Positions 41,633 through 55,185 of a stretch of 64,000 nt of DNA are shown here, one piece after another (within the stretch, counting starts at the first letter, position 1; every line of letters starts with the position of its first letter). Made by a program: the position numbers and the translations under genes. The notes beneath the pieces were generated by a model. The model was not told the origin of the DNA. It saw only the letters and a program-made list of their open reading frames with translations, and ran no database searches. Origin of the DNA: Octopus vulgaris (Eukaryota); assembly GCA_951406725.2 (NCBI GenBank), contig OX597830.1, forward strand, positions 14,260,001 through 14,324,000, written 5' to 3'.

Positions 41633-42505
41633 TCACCACTGATACTGCAGTTAATACTCTTTGGATTCAGTAGTCGTGACTATTTCAATTGAAATTTTTA
41701 TTGTTGTTGTGGTTGTTCTTGTTGATTTTTTTCTTTCTTTTACTTCTTTGTCATTTTCATGATCATCATAACTGATATACAACTACAGCAGCAGCAACAC
41801 CACCACCGCCACCGCCACCACCACCACCAGCAACAACCACAACTACAATCTGTTGTGTTGTTGTGACTAATTACGAAAATATGTTTATTCTCAGCCAATA
41901 CTCAGGGTCACCATCTACATAACAACAACAAGTAAGTTCGACGTCAACGTATTTAGCGTAGTGAACGTGAAATAATTATTCGAGTAAGTTCAGTGGGTAA
42001 TTTCCTGATGTGTTTCGGTGTTATTAGATTTCTCTGTATCGAAAAAGTAGTGACAAGAGCACCACAAAATGCGCCAATTATCTACACCCTTTACCATACA
42101 ATAAATTCCCGAATAGTTAAAAATGTTAGTTACTGAGTAAGTAATATTCGTCTCAAATTTTGGCAGAAGGCCAGCAAGTTCGAGAGAGAGAGAGAGAGAG
42201 AGGTATCACATCGACCTCCCTCCTCAACTTATTTTATCGACATCGAAAGGATGAAAGGCAAAGCCGACCTCGGCCGTATTTGAACTCAAAACGTAATGAC
42301 TCACCTAATGCTGTTAAGTATTATCACGGTTCAAGCACGGATTTCAGAATCAAAAACTTCTAGTGAATCTTTCAAAAATTCCTGTTGGATCTGATGACTT
42401 CAGTGGTGTTAAGTTACTTGTATATTTTTCTAAGGTAAGTCAACTAGGCTAGTGCTTGATATTATATTGGAATTATCGGCGTTAATAAATTCCCTAATCA
42501 ACACT

Positions 42506-42738
42506 TATTTCTTTATTGCCCATAAGGGGCTAAACATAAAGGGGACAAACAAGGACAGACAAAGAGATTAAGTCGATTATATCGATCCCAGTGTGTAACT
42601 GGGACTTTATTTATCGATCCTGAAGGGATGAAAGGCAAAGTCGACCTCGGTGGAATTTGAACTCAGAACGTAACGGGAGGCAAAATACTGCTAAGCATTT
42701 CGCCCGTCGTGTTACCGTTTCTGCCAGCTCGCCGCCTT
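42506..42738 (-). mobile_element. Full-length MetaSINE-like SINE
   Basis: Family homology; diverged TSD ttccc(t/c)aatcaa.a.ttatt. Confidence 0.9.
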
Positions 42739-42761
42739 TCCCCAATCAAAATTTATTAAAG

Positions 42762-43197
42762 GGATCTTTTCGGTTTGAACGGCAGTTTCTTTCTAGCGGT
42801 GTCATATGAAATTGTCACCCATATTTATGACCCTAGTATCGATCTATTGCATTTCAATCTGTTTTAGGGTTAGGGTAGTTAGGGTTAGTTAGGGTTAGGG
42901 GTGGGGGAAAGGGTATCTTTTTTTCTTCAGAAATGTAAATCACCCCAATCTGTTTCTTAAACGAGGGACATATTCATACGGCACAGAATGTTTTTTACCT
43001 CAATGGACGTCATTGATTGGTTGAAATTGCAGAAATTGAAGAAAAATACAACAAATATCTTACAAACTATAGAATTTTCTCAATAAAGCCAAGAGAAAAA
43101 GATGTTTTATAAAAACATTCTACCGGTATACGAAGTTTAAAAGTGTTTAGTTACCTAGAAATTATGTTAAAAACTGCCGTTCAAACCGAAAAGATCC
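42762..43197. mobile_element. Second copy of the Merlin-like MITE
   Basis: Same TIRs and body as 25741-26148, with a longer TTAGGG tract. The 8-bp TSD is not preserved (only AAG is shared). Confidence 0.88.
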
Positions 43198-44092
43198 AAG
43201 TACTTATATTGTGGATTATCGCAGTAAAATAGTATAAAAAGCATGAAAATAACATCACTTGTGGTGGGATTTGAACGCTGAAACCTCTGATATGGAAAGT
43301 AATTTGATTCAATCACATTAAGCACTGAAATCTTAGATCCAATGAAATAAGTAACGCATTAAGAAAATTAATTAATTTGTAAAGAAAAAAAATTGATTAG
43401 TTGCTGTTTGGAATGGTGTCGCTTTAATAGGACTGCCCTAGTTTGCCGTCTGAATGTCATAATGTGGACATAGTTGTAATTACAGTAATAAATACTATGT
43501 ACAAATTGTACGGTAGTCTTATATATTAGAGTGATATAATAAAATATATTCAAAGATCTTTCCGTTTTGATGCTTGCGAAATAATTAGTAGATTACATAG
43601 TCGGACATGCAAATAAGGATGGAATTCTCATAAAATAACTATATATAAGTGGAATAGATGCTAAGAAAACATTATGTTATGACCAACTTTTATTGAATAA
43701 TTACCGACAACTAATTCTTAAATAACAAGATGCTGGATGGACATTTAAAGATAAAACCGAGAAAATTAGAATTTTCAAGTGTTCAATGCATCAGAGTGAT
43801 TATTACAAAACCCTTATAATGTAGAATTAAAAGAAAAATATGCTTAAGAAAACCGTTGGATTAAGTTGTCATCGCATGAAAAAACGAATTTAAAAACATT
43901 CAATGCTTAAATTTACAAGGTATAATTATGGAAAATCTCGTTAGCGTTAATTGAGAACCCGCGCATACGGACGCTTGAAATGCCACCTCTCTATCACTAA
44001 TTGTTAGCGTTCGAGAAAGGAGGAAGAATTTCATGCCTCTCTTCTTTAATCTTTCCTTTCTGCCTCTCTGTCTTTCTCTACTTCACCAATGT

Positions 44093-44151
<59 letters not shown>

Positions 44152-44582
44152 ATCTCTCTCTCTCTAATTTGATCATAACGCAGGGAGAAAAGCGTCACTG
44201 CCATACACTAAGACGATGGGGATCCAGAGAAGGTGGTGAAACAGATATCATTTCTCATCCTAAATTTCAAGCTTTCGTTAAATGTTGTTGTTGTTAGTTT
44301 TTTTTTTTTTTGGTTGGCGAGGTTGATGTCGGTCAAATGAGTTTAAAAAAAGAAATATGTCCAAGTTTAATTATTACAGTTCGGTAGACCGCTCAATACA
44401 TTGTCTGCTCTATTTAAATATCCTTTCATATCTTTCCTTGTACACACCTTCAACAATGCAGTCAGCTCTCAGCTGGCGTAAGCATGGTGCGTGTGTATAT
44501 GTGTATATGTGATATACATACATACATATATATATATATATACATACATACATACATACATACATACACACACACATACACA

Positions 44583-44632
<50 letters not shown>

Positions 44633-45049
44633 TATATGTGTATACTTTTGTGTATGTGTATATGCATAGAGAAAGAGTGCGAGAGAGGGAAGAGAGAATG
44701 AGACAACGAGACTGGGGAGAGTGAATGATAAAGAGAGAAAGCTTGCGTGTATACGTGTGTATAAATGTTTATGTATGTATGATGTGTATATATATATAAC
44801 TAGATTGAGACAGAAATATGCAGACGCACACTCGCATAAACATACACAAATACAATTACATTTGTAATAGTGATGCATGTTCATACAAATGCCTTTACAA
44901 ATATATACATTTACAGAAACACATCCTTCTAGAAAGATTCTTCGTACAGGCGCAGAAGTAGAAATGTAGACACATAATCACATAATCACAAGTATAATGC
45001 AGTCACGATATAATCATATGCAGACGTCCATACACAAACATATATATTA

Positions 45050-45059
45050 TGTCATATTA

Positions 45060-45102
<43 letters not shown>

Positions 45103-45415
45103 TATTATTATTATTATTATTATTATCATCATCATCATCATCATCATCATTATTATTATTATTATTATTATTATCATCATCATCATCATCATCATCATCA
45201 TTATTATTATTATTATTATTGTTATTATTATTGTTATTATTATTATTATCATTGTTACTATTATTATTATCATTGTTATTATTATTATCATTGTTATTAT
45301 TATTATATTATTATTATTATTATTGTTATTATTATTATTGTTATTATTGTTATTATTGTTGTTAATATTATTATTATTGTTATTGTTATTATTATTACTG
45401 TTATTATCATTATTA

Positions 45416-45462
<47 letters not shown>

Positions 45463-45535
45463 ATTATTATTATTATTATTATTATTATCATCATCATCAT
45501 CATCATCATCATCATTATTATTATTATTATTATCA

Positions 45536-45581
<46 letters not shown>

Positions 45582-45610
45582 CATTATTATTATTATTGTT
45601 ATTATTATAT
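45050..45610. repeat. (ATT)n/(CAT)n microsatellite
   Basis: Directly visible. Confidence 0.95.
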
Positions 45611-46326
45611 TAAGTTTCCTTAGAACATGCAAGAAGTTTCGTGTAGAAAATAACAAAATTACGTCCTGGAATCTTCACTGATTTCAAATATAAAATAACA
45701 CACTCTGTCTTTAAACACTTTGAGAACTGGTGTTTTGATTTGCAGACATGTTAGCTCCATGACGAACGAAACCTGCCCTGCTCTTTCTCTTTCTGTCTTC
45801 CTCTTTCTTTCTCTCTCTCTCTCTCGCTCTGTAGGTGAAGTATATAATAGACATAATATTGAGTTAGAAATGGGGAAAAATCTGCCCCTATTTATGTTTA
45901 CATTCGTGGATTTGCTGGATGTCATGAAACTCATTAGTTTAGCCAAGTTTGTGTGTCGTGAAGAGAGAAGGAATACGAAGTAAAGAAAGGCTTCCAATAC
46001 TTCAGCTCAGTCGCTTCATTAGTAATATGTGGTTCGTTGAGAAAGATTAGAACACAGGTAGATTTAGTGTAGCTAACCGTACTTAGACCTGCTCCGAAGA
46101 AGATTCTGTTCGAAAACCTATGACGAAACGGTAGAGAAGAGAAGAGACAAATAGACAGAAAGAGTGACAGAGAGATAGAATGGAAGGAAGAAAGTGACTG
46201 AAAATAGAAAACGTGAGAGAAAAAGGGAGGAAGTGACAGGAACATTATAATTCAAATATTCATATAACTCATTCTCAGTTCTAAATGTGACAATTTCAAA
46301 GACAGCTACAGCCTATAACTTATATA

Positions 46327-46537
46327 TATTTCTTTATTGCCCACAAGGGGCTAAACATAGAGGGGACAAAGAAGGACAAACAAAGAAATTAAGTCGATTA
46401 CATCGACCCCAGTGCGAAACTGGTACTTAATTTATCGACCCCGAAAGGATGAATGGCAAACTCGGAACGTAACGACAGACGAAATACGGCTACGCATTTC
46501 GTCCGGAATGCTAACGATTCTGCCAGCTCGCCGCCCT
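46327..46537 (-). mobile_element. MetaSINE-like SINE with an 18-bp TSD
   Basis: TSD CAGCCTATAACTTATATA at 46309-46326 and 46538-46555. Confidence 0.9.
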
Positions 46538-47009
46538 CAGCCTATAACTTATATAACCACATGCAGACTTGTTTAAACATATTCAGTGATGTGTTTAAAC
46601 AAATGTATAGAGAATCACACATTACACAATCGTAACCATCGTTATTAGCACGATAAGAATTAGTGAATGCGTGGCCTACGATTACAGGCTGAATAATATG
46701 TAAGCTTCGAAAGACGGAAAATCCTCCACAATTTCAAAGTCGATGTCATTTCACACCTCGTACAGAGTGTGCGAAAATCTATGAACAATAAAGCCAAACT
46801 AAGAATTAAAATTAGAAAAATAAAGAACTATCAGTATGGTGGATTTGTATGACAAGTTATATTTTATAGTTTTGTCAAAGCTACTATTTGTAAACTTGTA
46901 TAACTATTGAGAAAAGTAAACAAAAATACTTAGAAAATTTCGTAATTAAAATATTGGACAATCTTTCCCCGATGCGTGCAACGTTTGTGTTTTTTTTATA
47001 TGCATTCTA

Positions 47010-47042
<33 letters not shown>

Positions 47043-47409
47043 GAGGGTGCATGAAAAACGAAGAGAGCAATACATAACTTTCATGTCCACCCAAGGGTCT
47101 GAGCGTTATAACCATTACCGAGCAGCCAGCTAGACTACATGCCCTGGTTGACTAGATTTCCTTTCTACTCAACATTAGATTGCAGCATTTACATTATTTA
47201 AGGAGAAAAGTGTGTGTTTAAATGCTTTCCTTCTTTTCTATTTCTTTTATATTATTGCAGAATTTTTTGTTTTTTTTCACAACGAATTTTGTATTTAATA
47301 CTTAATATTATAACTGGGAATGCACCATTTAATACTATCATTGGGAATGCACCATTTCATAATCTCGTACTTTTTCACTGCAGACCACTAAAGGTTTTAC
47401 ATAATATTG

Positions 47410-47847
47410 GTTTCATATTTTGGTACAAGGCCATCAAGTTCGGAGTGGAGAAGTAAGTCGATTACATCAACCCTAGTGCTCAACTGGTACTTATTTTATA
47501 GACCCCGAAAGGATGAAAGATACAGTTGTCCGCGGCGGAATTAGAAATCAGAGCGTAAAGACGGACGAAATGCCGCCAAGCATTTTGCCCAATGAATCTG
47601 CCAGCTGACCGCCTAAAATGTTTACCTGATATATATTTTCTTCTCTAGGCACAAGGCCCGAAAGTTTCGGCCGGGGGCCAGTCAATTAGATCGACGCCAG
47701 TATGCAACTGGTACTTAATTTATCAACCTCGAAAGGATGAAAGGCAAAGTCGACCTCGGAGGAATTTAAAATCAGAACGTAAAGACAGACGAAATACTGC
47801 TAAGTATTTCACCCAGTGTGCTGGCGATTCTGCCAGCTCGCTCCCCT
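47410..47847 (-). mobile_element. Two adjacent MetaSINE-like SINEs with the alternative tail (47410-47614, 47636-47847)
   Basis: Each has cgaaaggatgaaag...ctgccagct and a (g/t)g(t/c)acaaggcc tail segment. Confidence 0.8.
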
Positions 47848-48085
47848 TGCCCAGGAATTATTAGATACAAAATATATAAGAAGAAAAGTCAAAAGTATTT
47901 TGTCTTGGGTTATTGTCTGTGATCATTCCGAAGAAATTAAAAAAAAAACATTTCTCACATGCTTCCTTCACTAAACGAGATAAATGAGCTCCTTAGTGAT
48001 AACAAAGGAAATTCTGCCGAACCTCTAATCGTTTTTTCCTTCTTTTTCTATTTTCTTTTTTTACATGGATGGTGTTGGTTATAGT

Positions 48086-48465
48086 GGAGACGCAATGGCC
48101 CAGTGGTTAGGGCAGCGGACTCGCGGTCGTAGGATTGCGGTTTCGATTCCCAGACCGGGCGTTGTGAGTGTTTATTGAGCGAAAACACCTAAAGCTCCAC
48201 GAGGCTCCGGCAGGGGATGGTGGTGAACCCTGCTGTACTCTTTCACCACAACTTTCTCTCACTCTTACTTCCTGTTTCTGTTGTACCTGTATTTCAAAGG
48301 GCCGGCCTTGTCACTCTCTGTGTCACGCTGAATATCCCCGAGAACTACGTTAAGGGTGCACGTGACTGTGGAGTGCTCAGCCACTTACACGTTAATTTCA
48401 CGAGCAGGCTGTTCCGTTGATCGGATCAACCGGATCTCTCGTCGTCATAACCGACGGAGTGCTTC
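48086..48465 (+). mobile_element. tRNA-derived SINE (head A + tail 2)
   Basis: Head shared with 15877-16267; tail shared with 3935-4176. Confidence 0.88.
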
Positions 48466-49127
48466 CATCCCATCCATGTTGGTTATGTCATGAGATGTAT
48501 AAAGAAGAGAATGAAAGAAGAACCGAATCCTGGGGCGCATCAAATTTTATTGAGAATAAAGCCGGGAGAGTCCAAACACAAACGATGATTGCACCATCTT
48601 ATAGGACCCAAGAGATAAGTGAATAAGCGATTGATTGAAGTCTTTAGCAGACGGTTTTGATATGAGATTCGTATGACTGCAGAAGATCTTCATGATTCGT
48701 CCAGGTAACAGCATTGCTTTGACCGAAACGAATTTGGCCTCGAGACAGCCATTCTGGGAGTCACTAAGGGGAGAGAGAAATTCAAGGTGCTTTTTTTCTT
48801 TATTGTTTTTGAGACGCCATCTCTAGAGAGTGACATAAACGATTTTAAAGGGCCCCGAAACCTAAATTTGAAGGGAGCTATCCTGTGCTGGTCCCCAATC
48901 CCATACTTTATACTCTGCAGTTGCAGATTTTACAAACTTTTGGCATGGCCACTGACTCTCCTGAGTTCCTCCGACCTTTTACGGGTTTCATACCGCGCGA
49001 TGTCCAAAAATCACTCTTCTTACCAAGCAAGCTTTGTGGGGTTGCCGGTTTTGACGCCGACAACTTTACCATGCGACAGATTGTACTGGGGTACATGTCA
49101 CCACTAGCACTCAAGAACGACCTGACA

Positions 49128-49160
<33 letters not shown>

Positions 49161-49163
<3 letters not shown>

Positions 49164-52100
49164 TATGTTTGACTTTTGCTTTATATTTGTACAAGTTGGC
49201 TCCAAGTCTCACCCAGAGACCTCAAGAGACAACAGGGTTGGAAGTTCATGTTGTTGTTATGCCTAGTGTGCCATATATTTGGGGGGTGGGGATGTTGTAC
49301 TAATGAATGTCTAAAAATAAAAAAAAAAAAAAGGTTTTTTTTTTTTTTTTTTTTTTTTAAACCGAAAATTATGTTTGTTTTAAACCTTGAGATTACATAG
49401 AGAGTATTTTGCGTAGGATATGAGCAGTTCCCATGAGCACTATCTTTTGAACTTCTGCCATTTTTGGGTTTCCTGGTATCTGAGTTAGGTAGCTATCAGC
49501 CCCTTTTGCTATCATTCCCAGGGCACCTATGACAACAGGTATTGTTTTAGTCTTCAGCTTCCACATTTTGCTGATTTCTATTTCAAGATCTTTATATTTG
49601 CTCAGTTTTTGGTAGGTCTTGACAGATACGTTTATATCGATTGGGACAGTCATATCAATGAGGAGGCATGTTCTTTGTTTGAAGTTTTTCAATATGATGT
49701 CTGGCCTATTTGCATCTATCTTCCTGTCAGTTTGAATGGTGAAGTTCCAGAGGAGTGAGATGTGGTCATTTTCAAGCACTGGGGGTGGTTTGTGTTCCCA
49801 CCAGTTTTTTTCATGGGGCAAATCCAGGTTTTTACAGATTACCCAGTGAATATATTGTGCAGCTCTATCGTGCCTGTTGAGATACTCTGTAGGCGCTAGA
49901 AGACTGCACTTGGAGACCACATGGTCAATGGTTTCATTTTGTTGCTTGCATACACGACACGTTGGACTGCTTCTGATCTTTAATATGTTGGCCTGGTAGT
50001 TTCTTGTTGGTAGGCATTGATCTTGAGCTGCTATGATAAACCCCTCTGTTTCAGATTTTAAGCCAGAGGCCATTAGCCATTGATGGGTCAGGGCTTTGTC
50101 GATATCTGCATTATTCGCTCTCTTTGGGTATTTGCCATAGAGAGGTTTTTCTTGCCATTTATTATTCAGAATATCTAAGGCCGCAGTTTTGGCACGGGTT
50201 TTCATGCGCCTAGCTTTTTCTGTGCTTGTTTCTTGTATATCTATCTCCGAAATTGGTTGTATTCGGAATTCACTTAGATATTCCTTTGCCTGTTTTGTGA
50301 CTGAGTATGATGCTTTCTTGTTTTCATGTTTTGAGACAAGTTTTAGCATCCAGTCCTCAGAGTTTTTCAGGTAGGTGTCTAGGCCAATTGTAGCAATCTT
50401 CATTGTTATTGCCAGTTGCAAAAGACCACGGCCTCCCTCTTTTCTTGGCAGATAGAGTCGTTCTGTATCTGCCTTAGGGTGGTGCATTCTATGCATTGTC
50501 AACAGTTTCCTTATTTTTCTGTCGAGCTGACATATTTCAGTAATTGACCAGTTAACAATATTGAAACTGTAAGTCACGACTGGTATAGCTAATGCATTGA
50601 TTGCTTCGATCCTGTTTCTTGCATTCAGCTCTGTCTTGAGTATTGCTCTCACTCTTCGATAGCATTCTCTCCTGATCCTTTCCTTCATCTCTGAATGCCT
50701 TATTCCGTTCCCTTCAATTATCCCTAGGTACTTGTAGCTCTCCGCTGGGTCTAGTTCTTTTATGACATTCTGTTGGTCAAGGTTAACGTTAGATGTTTCT
50801 GTCATTTTTCCTTTGATAAAGGTAGCCTTTGCACATTTATCGAGGCCGAATTGCATTCTGATGTCGTCACTGAATTGTTTGACTATCGCTAGTAAGCCCT
50901 TGAGTTGTTGATCATTTTTTGCAAAAAGCTTTAAATCATCCATGTAAACGAGATGATTTATATTTTTATCAAACATTTTATACCCGTACTGCGCGTCATT
51001 GAGCAGCTTTGAGAGAGGTATTAAGGATAAACAAAAGAGGAGTGGTGACAGTGAGTCACCCTGGAAAATGCCACACGAAATTTTTACATCACCAGCATTT
51101 AGGAATTCACTGTCACTGTTCAGAGTTAGTGTGGTTCTCCATGATCTCATACTTACAGTCAAGAAGTTTCGCAGAGTTGGTGCTATCTTATACATTTCAA
51201 GGCATTTTCTAATCCAGCTATGTGGTAGGCTATCAAAAGCCTTTTTATAGTCTATCCAGGCTATTGATAAGTTTTTGTGTCGTTTGTGACAATCTTCTAA
51301 GATCATCTTATTGATGAGTAGTTGGTCTTTACAGCCGTAGGATCCACGTTTACATCCTTTCTGTTCATTAGGGAATATGCTGCTGTCTGTTAAAAAACTA
51401 TAGGTATATTCCGTCAGGACAGATGTTAGTGTTTTGTACATAGTTGTTAAGCAAGTTATGGGTCTATAGTTTTTTGGTTCATTTGTTTCTTCACTTTTTG
51501 GAAGCAGGAATGTTAACCCATTAACTAGCCAAGGAGGCATCCTACTAGGGTGTTGCAAAACATCATTGTACAGTTCTGTTAGCAGTTCATGGCTCTCTGG
51601 GAAGGCATTCAGCCAGAAGTTAGGAATTTTATCCTTTCCTGGAGACTTCCATTTGCTTGACCTCCTGAGAGCAGATCTTATATCTTCTACCTTGACACCC
51701 TCCCACTTTTGCTCTTCTAAGGGGTCCAGTTCTGTAGATATTCTGTCAATCCAGGGGGCCTTTTCGTTGTGTGTTTTTTCTTCTGCCCAGATTTTATTCC
51801 AAAATCTCTGCACTTCTTCTTTTGATGGTACAGACCCTGCAGTAAACGCTGTTTTTCCTATCTTCCGCTAAAAATTCTTGGTGTTATTTTTGAACATGTT
51901 GTTGTCCTTGAAAAATCTAACACGCTTTTCATACCTCGCTATGCGGGCAGCTTTGGCAGATACCTTTTGTTTGATGGTTTCTATGGTGGCATCAATATCA
52001 AGTATAGTTTTCATATTGTATTTTTTCAGTAATTTTTGGGTTTTTGTAGGTTTGGTAATCTTGTGAGCCTTAAGGTTTTTCAAATATTCAATGTCAGATC

Positions 52101-53205
52101 TAAATATTTTAATTTGTTGTTGCAGACGCTCTTGCCAAGAAGGCTTTTTGTGGGACTGTTGCCGTTTTCTAATCTTTACACCACATAGGATCGTTGAGAT
52201 TTTCGCGGATGCATAGTATAGGTGGTTGAGGTTTGTGATATCAACATCATTAACTGAAATTATATCCTTAAGTGCAAGCCGGATTTTACCAATTATTTTC
52301 ATGTTTTGGTTAGAGTTGCGGATTTTAGGAAGTGTATCACGCTCATCCATGCTGGTTTCTTTAATTTTCAGCCATTCAATCATGATTTGATTTTTTAGCT
52401 CATGTAGTTCTGTTGGGTCAATATTTGTGTGACTTTCTTTATCTATTTCATGCTCATCTGTCTTAGTGTTTATGATTGGTTCAGGGCGTATTTCACTTTG
52501 CCTATCACTTATACTAACTCTTTCAATCCTCTCTTCGTTTTTATCCGCCCTGGGCTGGTCTATAATCATTTCCTCTGTATTATCTTCTCTAGCTGCAGCT
52601 TCGTTCATTTTATCCGATATTGCTTGTCTAACCTGATCAATCTCTACTTCAGTCAGTAATTTCTTTTTTATAATGTTTCTTCTAACATTGGCAAGCTTGT
52701 TACTGTCTATGTAGGGTCTTACTTCAGGGTGTTTCTGTCTCCAGTTTAAGTATGCTTGTACAGTGCTAGACTTATCTGTGGGGAAATATATGGCATGGTA
52801 GAAGGCCTCAAGAACTTCTTTATTATCTTCCCTAGACCATTTTTCCTTCTTTTTCTTTTGATTATTTGGTGATGAGCATGGATGGCCATCTGTTGGAATA
52901 TTCCGGTTGTGGGGTTCGTCCAGCTCCTGTGTGTTGGGAAGATTTGATCCAGTAACTGATTTTTCAATCAGGATTTGGTTCAATTTTCGGGTACGTGGTC
53001 TTTTGTAATCCGCGCAATGACCAATGCGGTTTATTGTTTGATTTGTTGACCTTGAAGCATGACGAGCATCCATTCTTATATTAGGAGATGGATCTGTCAG
53101 TTTAGGGTTCACTACGTGTAAGCATTGCTCATAGCGCCGCTTCTTAAGACTAGCAGATCTATATTCGTCTGTATTTTTTTTGTTGATAGTTTTATCTCCG
53201 GACAT
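49161..53205 (-). mobile_element. Near-intact R4/Dong-clade non-LTR retrotransposon
   Basis: One long reading frame with RT, CCHC and restriction-like endonuclease. A ~230-bp 3' UTR runs into (TAA)n at 49129-49161, the known Dong target type. Confidence 0.9.
49393..53205 (-). pseudogene. RT-REL polyprotein (~1270 codons) with one in-frame TAG at 51868-51870
   Basis: ORFs 51868-53244 and 49393-51813 are in the same frame, joined by 18 open codons. Motifs: YRPITCL, WIDYKKAFDS, GIFQGDSLSP, YMDD, YKYLG, CRVC-x8-H-x4-C, RHD, RPDI...IDMTVP...KY. Confidence 0.92.
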
Positions 53206-53454
53206 TTTTTTTTTTTTTTCCTTTCCTCCTCTTCCTCTCTTCAAGGCTTACTGTGTCTGTATTAGTTCGAAATAATGAGAATAAAATACGGAGAAGGAAA
53301 CGAAAAGAAAGGGAAAAAGACGGGATCTGTCAGTTATTATTGTTATTACTATCATCTTCACCACCATCACCATCATCAGCAACATCACCATCACCATCAC
53401 CATCATCATCTTCAATGACATTGTTTTATGTGTAGCCACAGCCACCATCAACAC

Positions 53455-53567
<113 letters not shown>

Positions 53568-53915
53568 TTGAGCAATAGAGCAGTGCGTGCCATGAAAGTG
53601 AAACTGGGTAAAATATAAGAAGCCCAGTATACACATCATGACTACCCGTCCAATCAGGGTATACCATGCATCACAAACCTATGTGCGCGACATAGCGATC
53701 TCATATCTCTGTTCATGCTGCCTTATCAGCTGTATCATCCAGTCGGTGTTACTTTGGATGTACACTTGGAGTCCTATCGCAATCGTTTTACAGGACGTTG
53801 CGAGCTGGATTAGGCCCCTACCGCCTCCTTTTCGTGAGAGATAGAGCCCGTGGACGTCTGATTTTGGGTGGTGCATTCTGTTTATTGTTAGCAGTTTCCT
53901 GATCCTTATGCCCAT
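53568..53915 (-). mobile_element. Internally deleted Dong-type element: RT fragment fused to the 3' part of the 530-bp repeat
   Basis: IRKLLTINRMHHPKSDVHGLYLSRKGGGRGLIQL (53915-53709) joins the repeat at ~53708; (TAA)n on both sides. Confidence 0.8.
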
Positions 53916-54002
53916 ACGCTATTATTATTATTATTATTATTAATATTATTATTATTACTATGATGATGATGATGATGATCATCATCATCATCATTATTAT
54001 TT

Positions 54003-54204
54003 AAGGGCAGCGAGCTGGCAGAATCGTTAGCACACCGGGCGAAATGCTTAGCGTTATGTCGTCTGCCGCTTTGTTCTGAGTTCAAATTCTGCCGAGGTCG
54101 ACTTCACATTTGATGCTTTGGAGAATGATAAATTAAGTACAAGAGAAACACTGGGATCGATGTAATCGACTAGTTCTCTCCAAACAAATTTCAGGCCTTT
54201 GTGG
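54003..54204 (+). mobile_element. MetaSINE-like SINE
   Basis: ggcagcgagctggcagaatcgttagc...gccgaggtcgac...aaatttcaggcctttgtg. Confidence 0.85.
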
Positions 54205-54605
54205 TGAGAGGGGGTCACCTTGAAAGATGCCTCGTTTGATGTTGATATTACAACCTTTTTAAGCTTGTAGAAGGATAGAGTTCTGTTCCAGCAAAGTGTA
54301 TATTTTTCCAGTTAGTATCGATGTGAGGATCTTGTAAGTGCTGTTGAGACATGTTATTGGTCAGTAGTTCTTAGGATTTTTCGTGTCTTCGGTTTTTGGT
54401 AGAAGGTATATTGTTCTTTCGGTCAATGAGGCAGGTAGGTATTTACTCTGGGTTCTGGACGACATTAGTTAGGGATGCAGCAAAACGTTAGTGCATTTCT
54501 GCCACCAATTCAGCCAGAAGTAAATTATCTAGTCCAGACTTTCTAAGAACACATCTTAGCTCTTCTACTCCTATTGCCTCCCATTTCTGTCTGCTCTTCA
54601 AGTTT
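54205..54605 (-). pseudogene. Decayed Dong-type RT fragment
   Basis: YLLPKTEDTKNPKNY*PITCLNSTYKILTSIL...KGC and a GIFQGDPLSP-like segment. Confidence 0.78.
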
Positions 54606-54657
54606 TTTATTATTATTATTACTATTATTATTATTATCATCATTATCATCATTATTA

Positions 54658-55185
54658 TTGAGTGAGAGAGCAGTGCATGTAATCAAAGTGACACCAGGGT
54701 AAGATATACGAAGCCCAGTATACCCGTCTGATAAAGGTACACCAGGCACATGCATCACAACCATATGTGCGCGACATGGGGATCTCATATCAAGATAAAC
54801 AGCGCATGACATAGTAGGTAGGGCCCACTTTTAGAATTTTCTTCTGGTCGAGTAACACATCCCGCTCAAAAGATCCCTGATTAAGGATTGCTTAAGGATG
54901 TTGAATGAACTACCCATCTTTCCAGAGGTGAATTATCCAAAACTCTAAGAATCCCTCTCAACACACGGCTATGATGATCCCCACTATTTCTGATCGTGAT
55001 CAGAGATTCACATGTCATCAGCGACTAAGGGACATGCTCAACTGGTTACGGTCAAACAACTGACAAGCAAATCTGTGGTATTGAGCAGAATATTTGCTGT
55101 AGCCCATCTTTTATACCAAGCTAAAAACAATATACATGATAACACTTCCAGTCAGTTAAGATGAAAAGCCACGAGAGCCACTGCG
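54658..55185 (-). mobile_element. Second copy of the ~530-bp (TAA)n-tailed retroposon
   Basis: Colinear homology with 26609-27143. Confidence 0.85.

Noticed and set aside
42864-42900. Telomere or chromosome-fusion scar
   Set aside because: The TTAGGG units are internal to a MITE present twice in the window.
51814-51870. Two-ORF (ORF1/ORF2) organisation or programmed frameshift in the large LINE
   Set aside because: Both ORFs are in the same frame, and R4/Dong elements have a single ORF.
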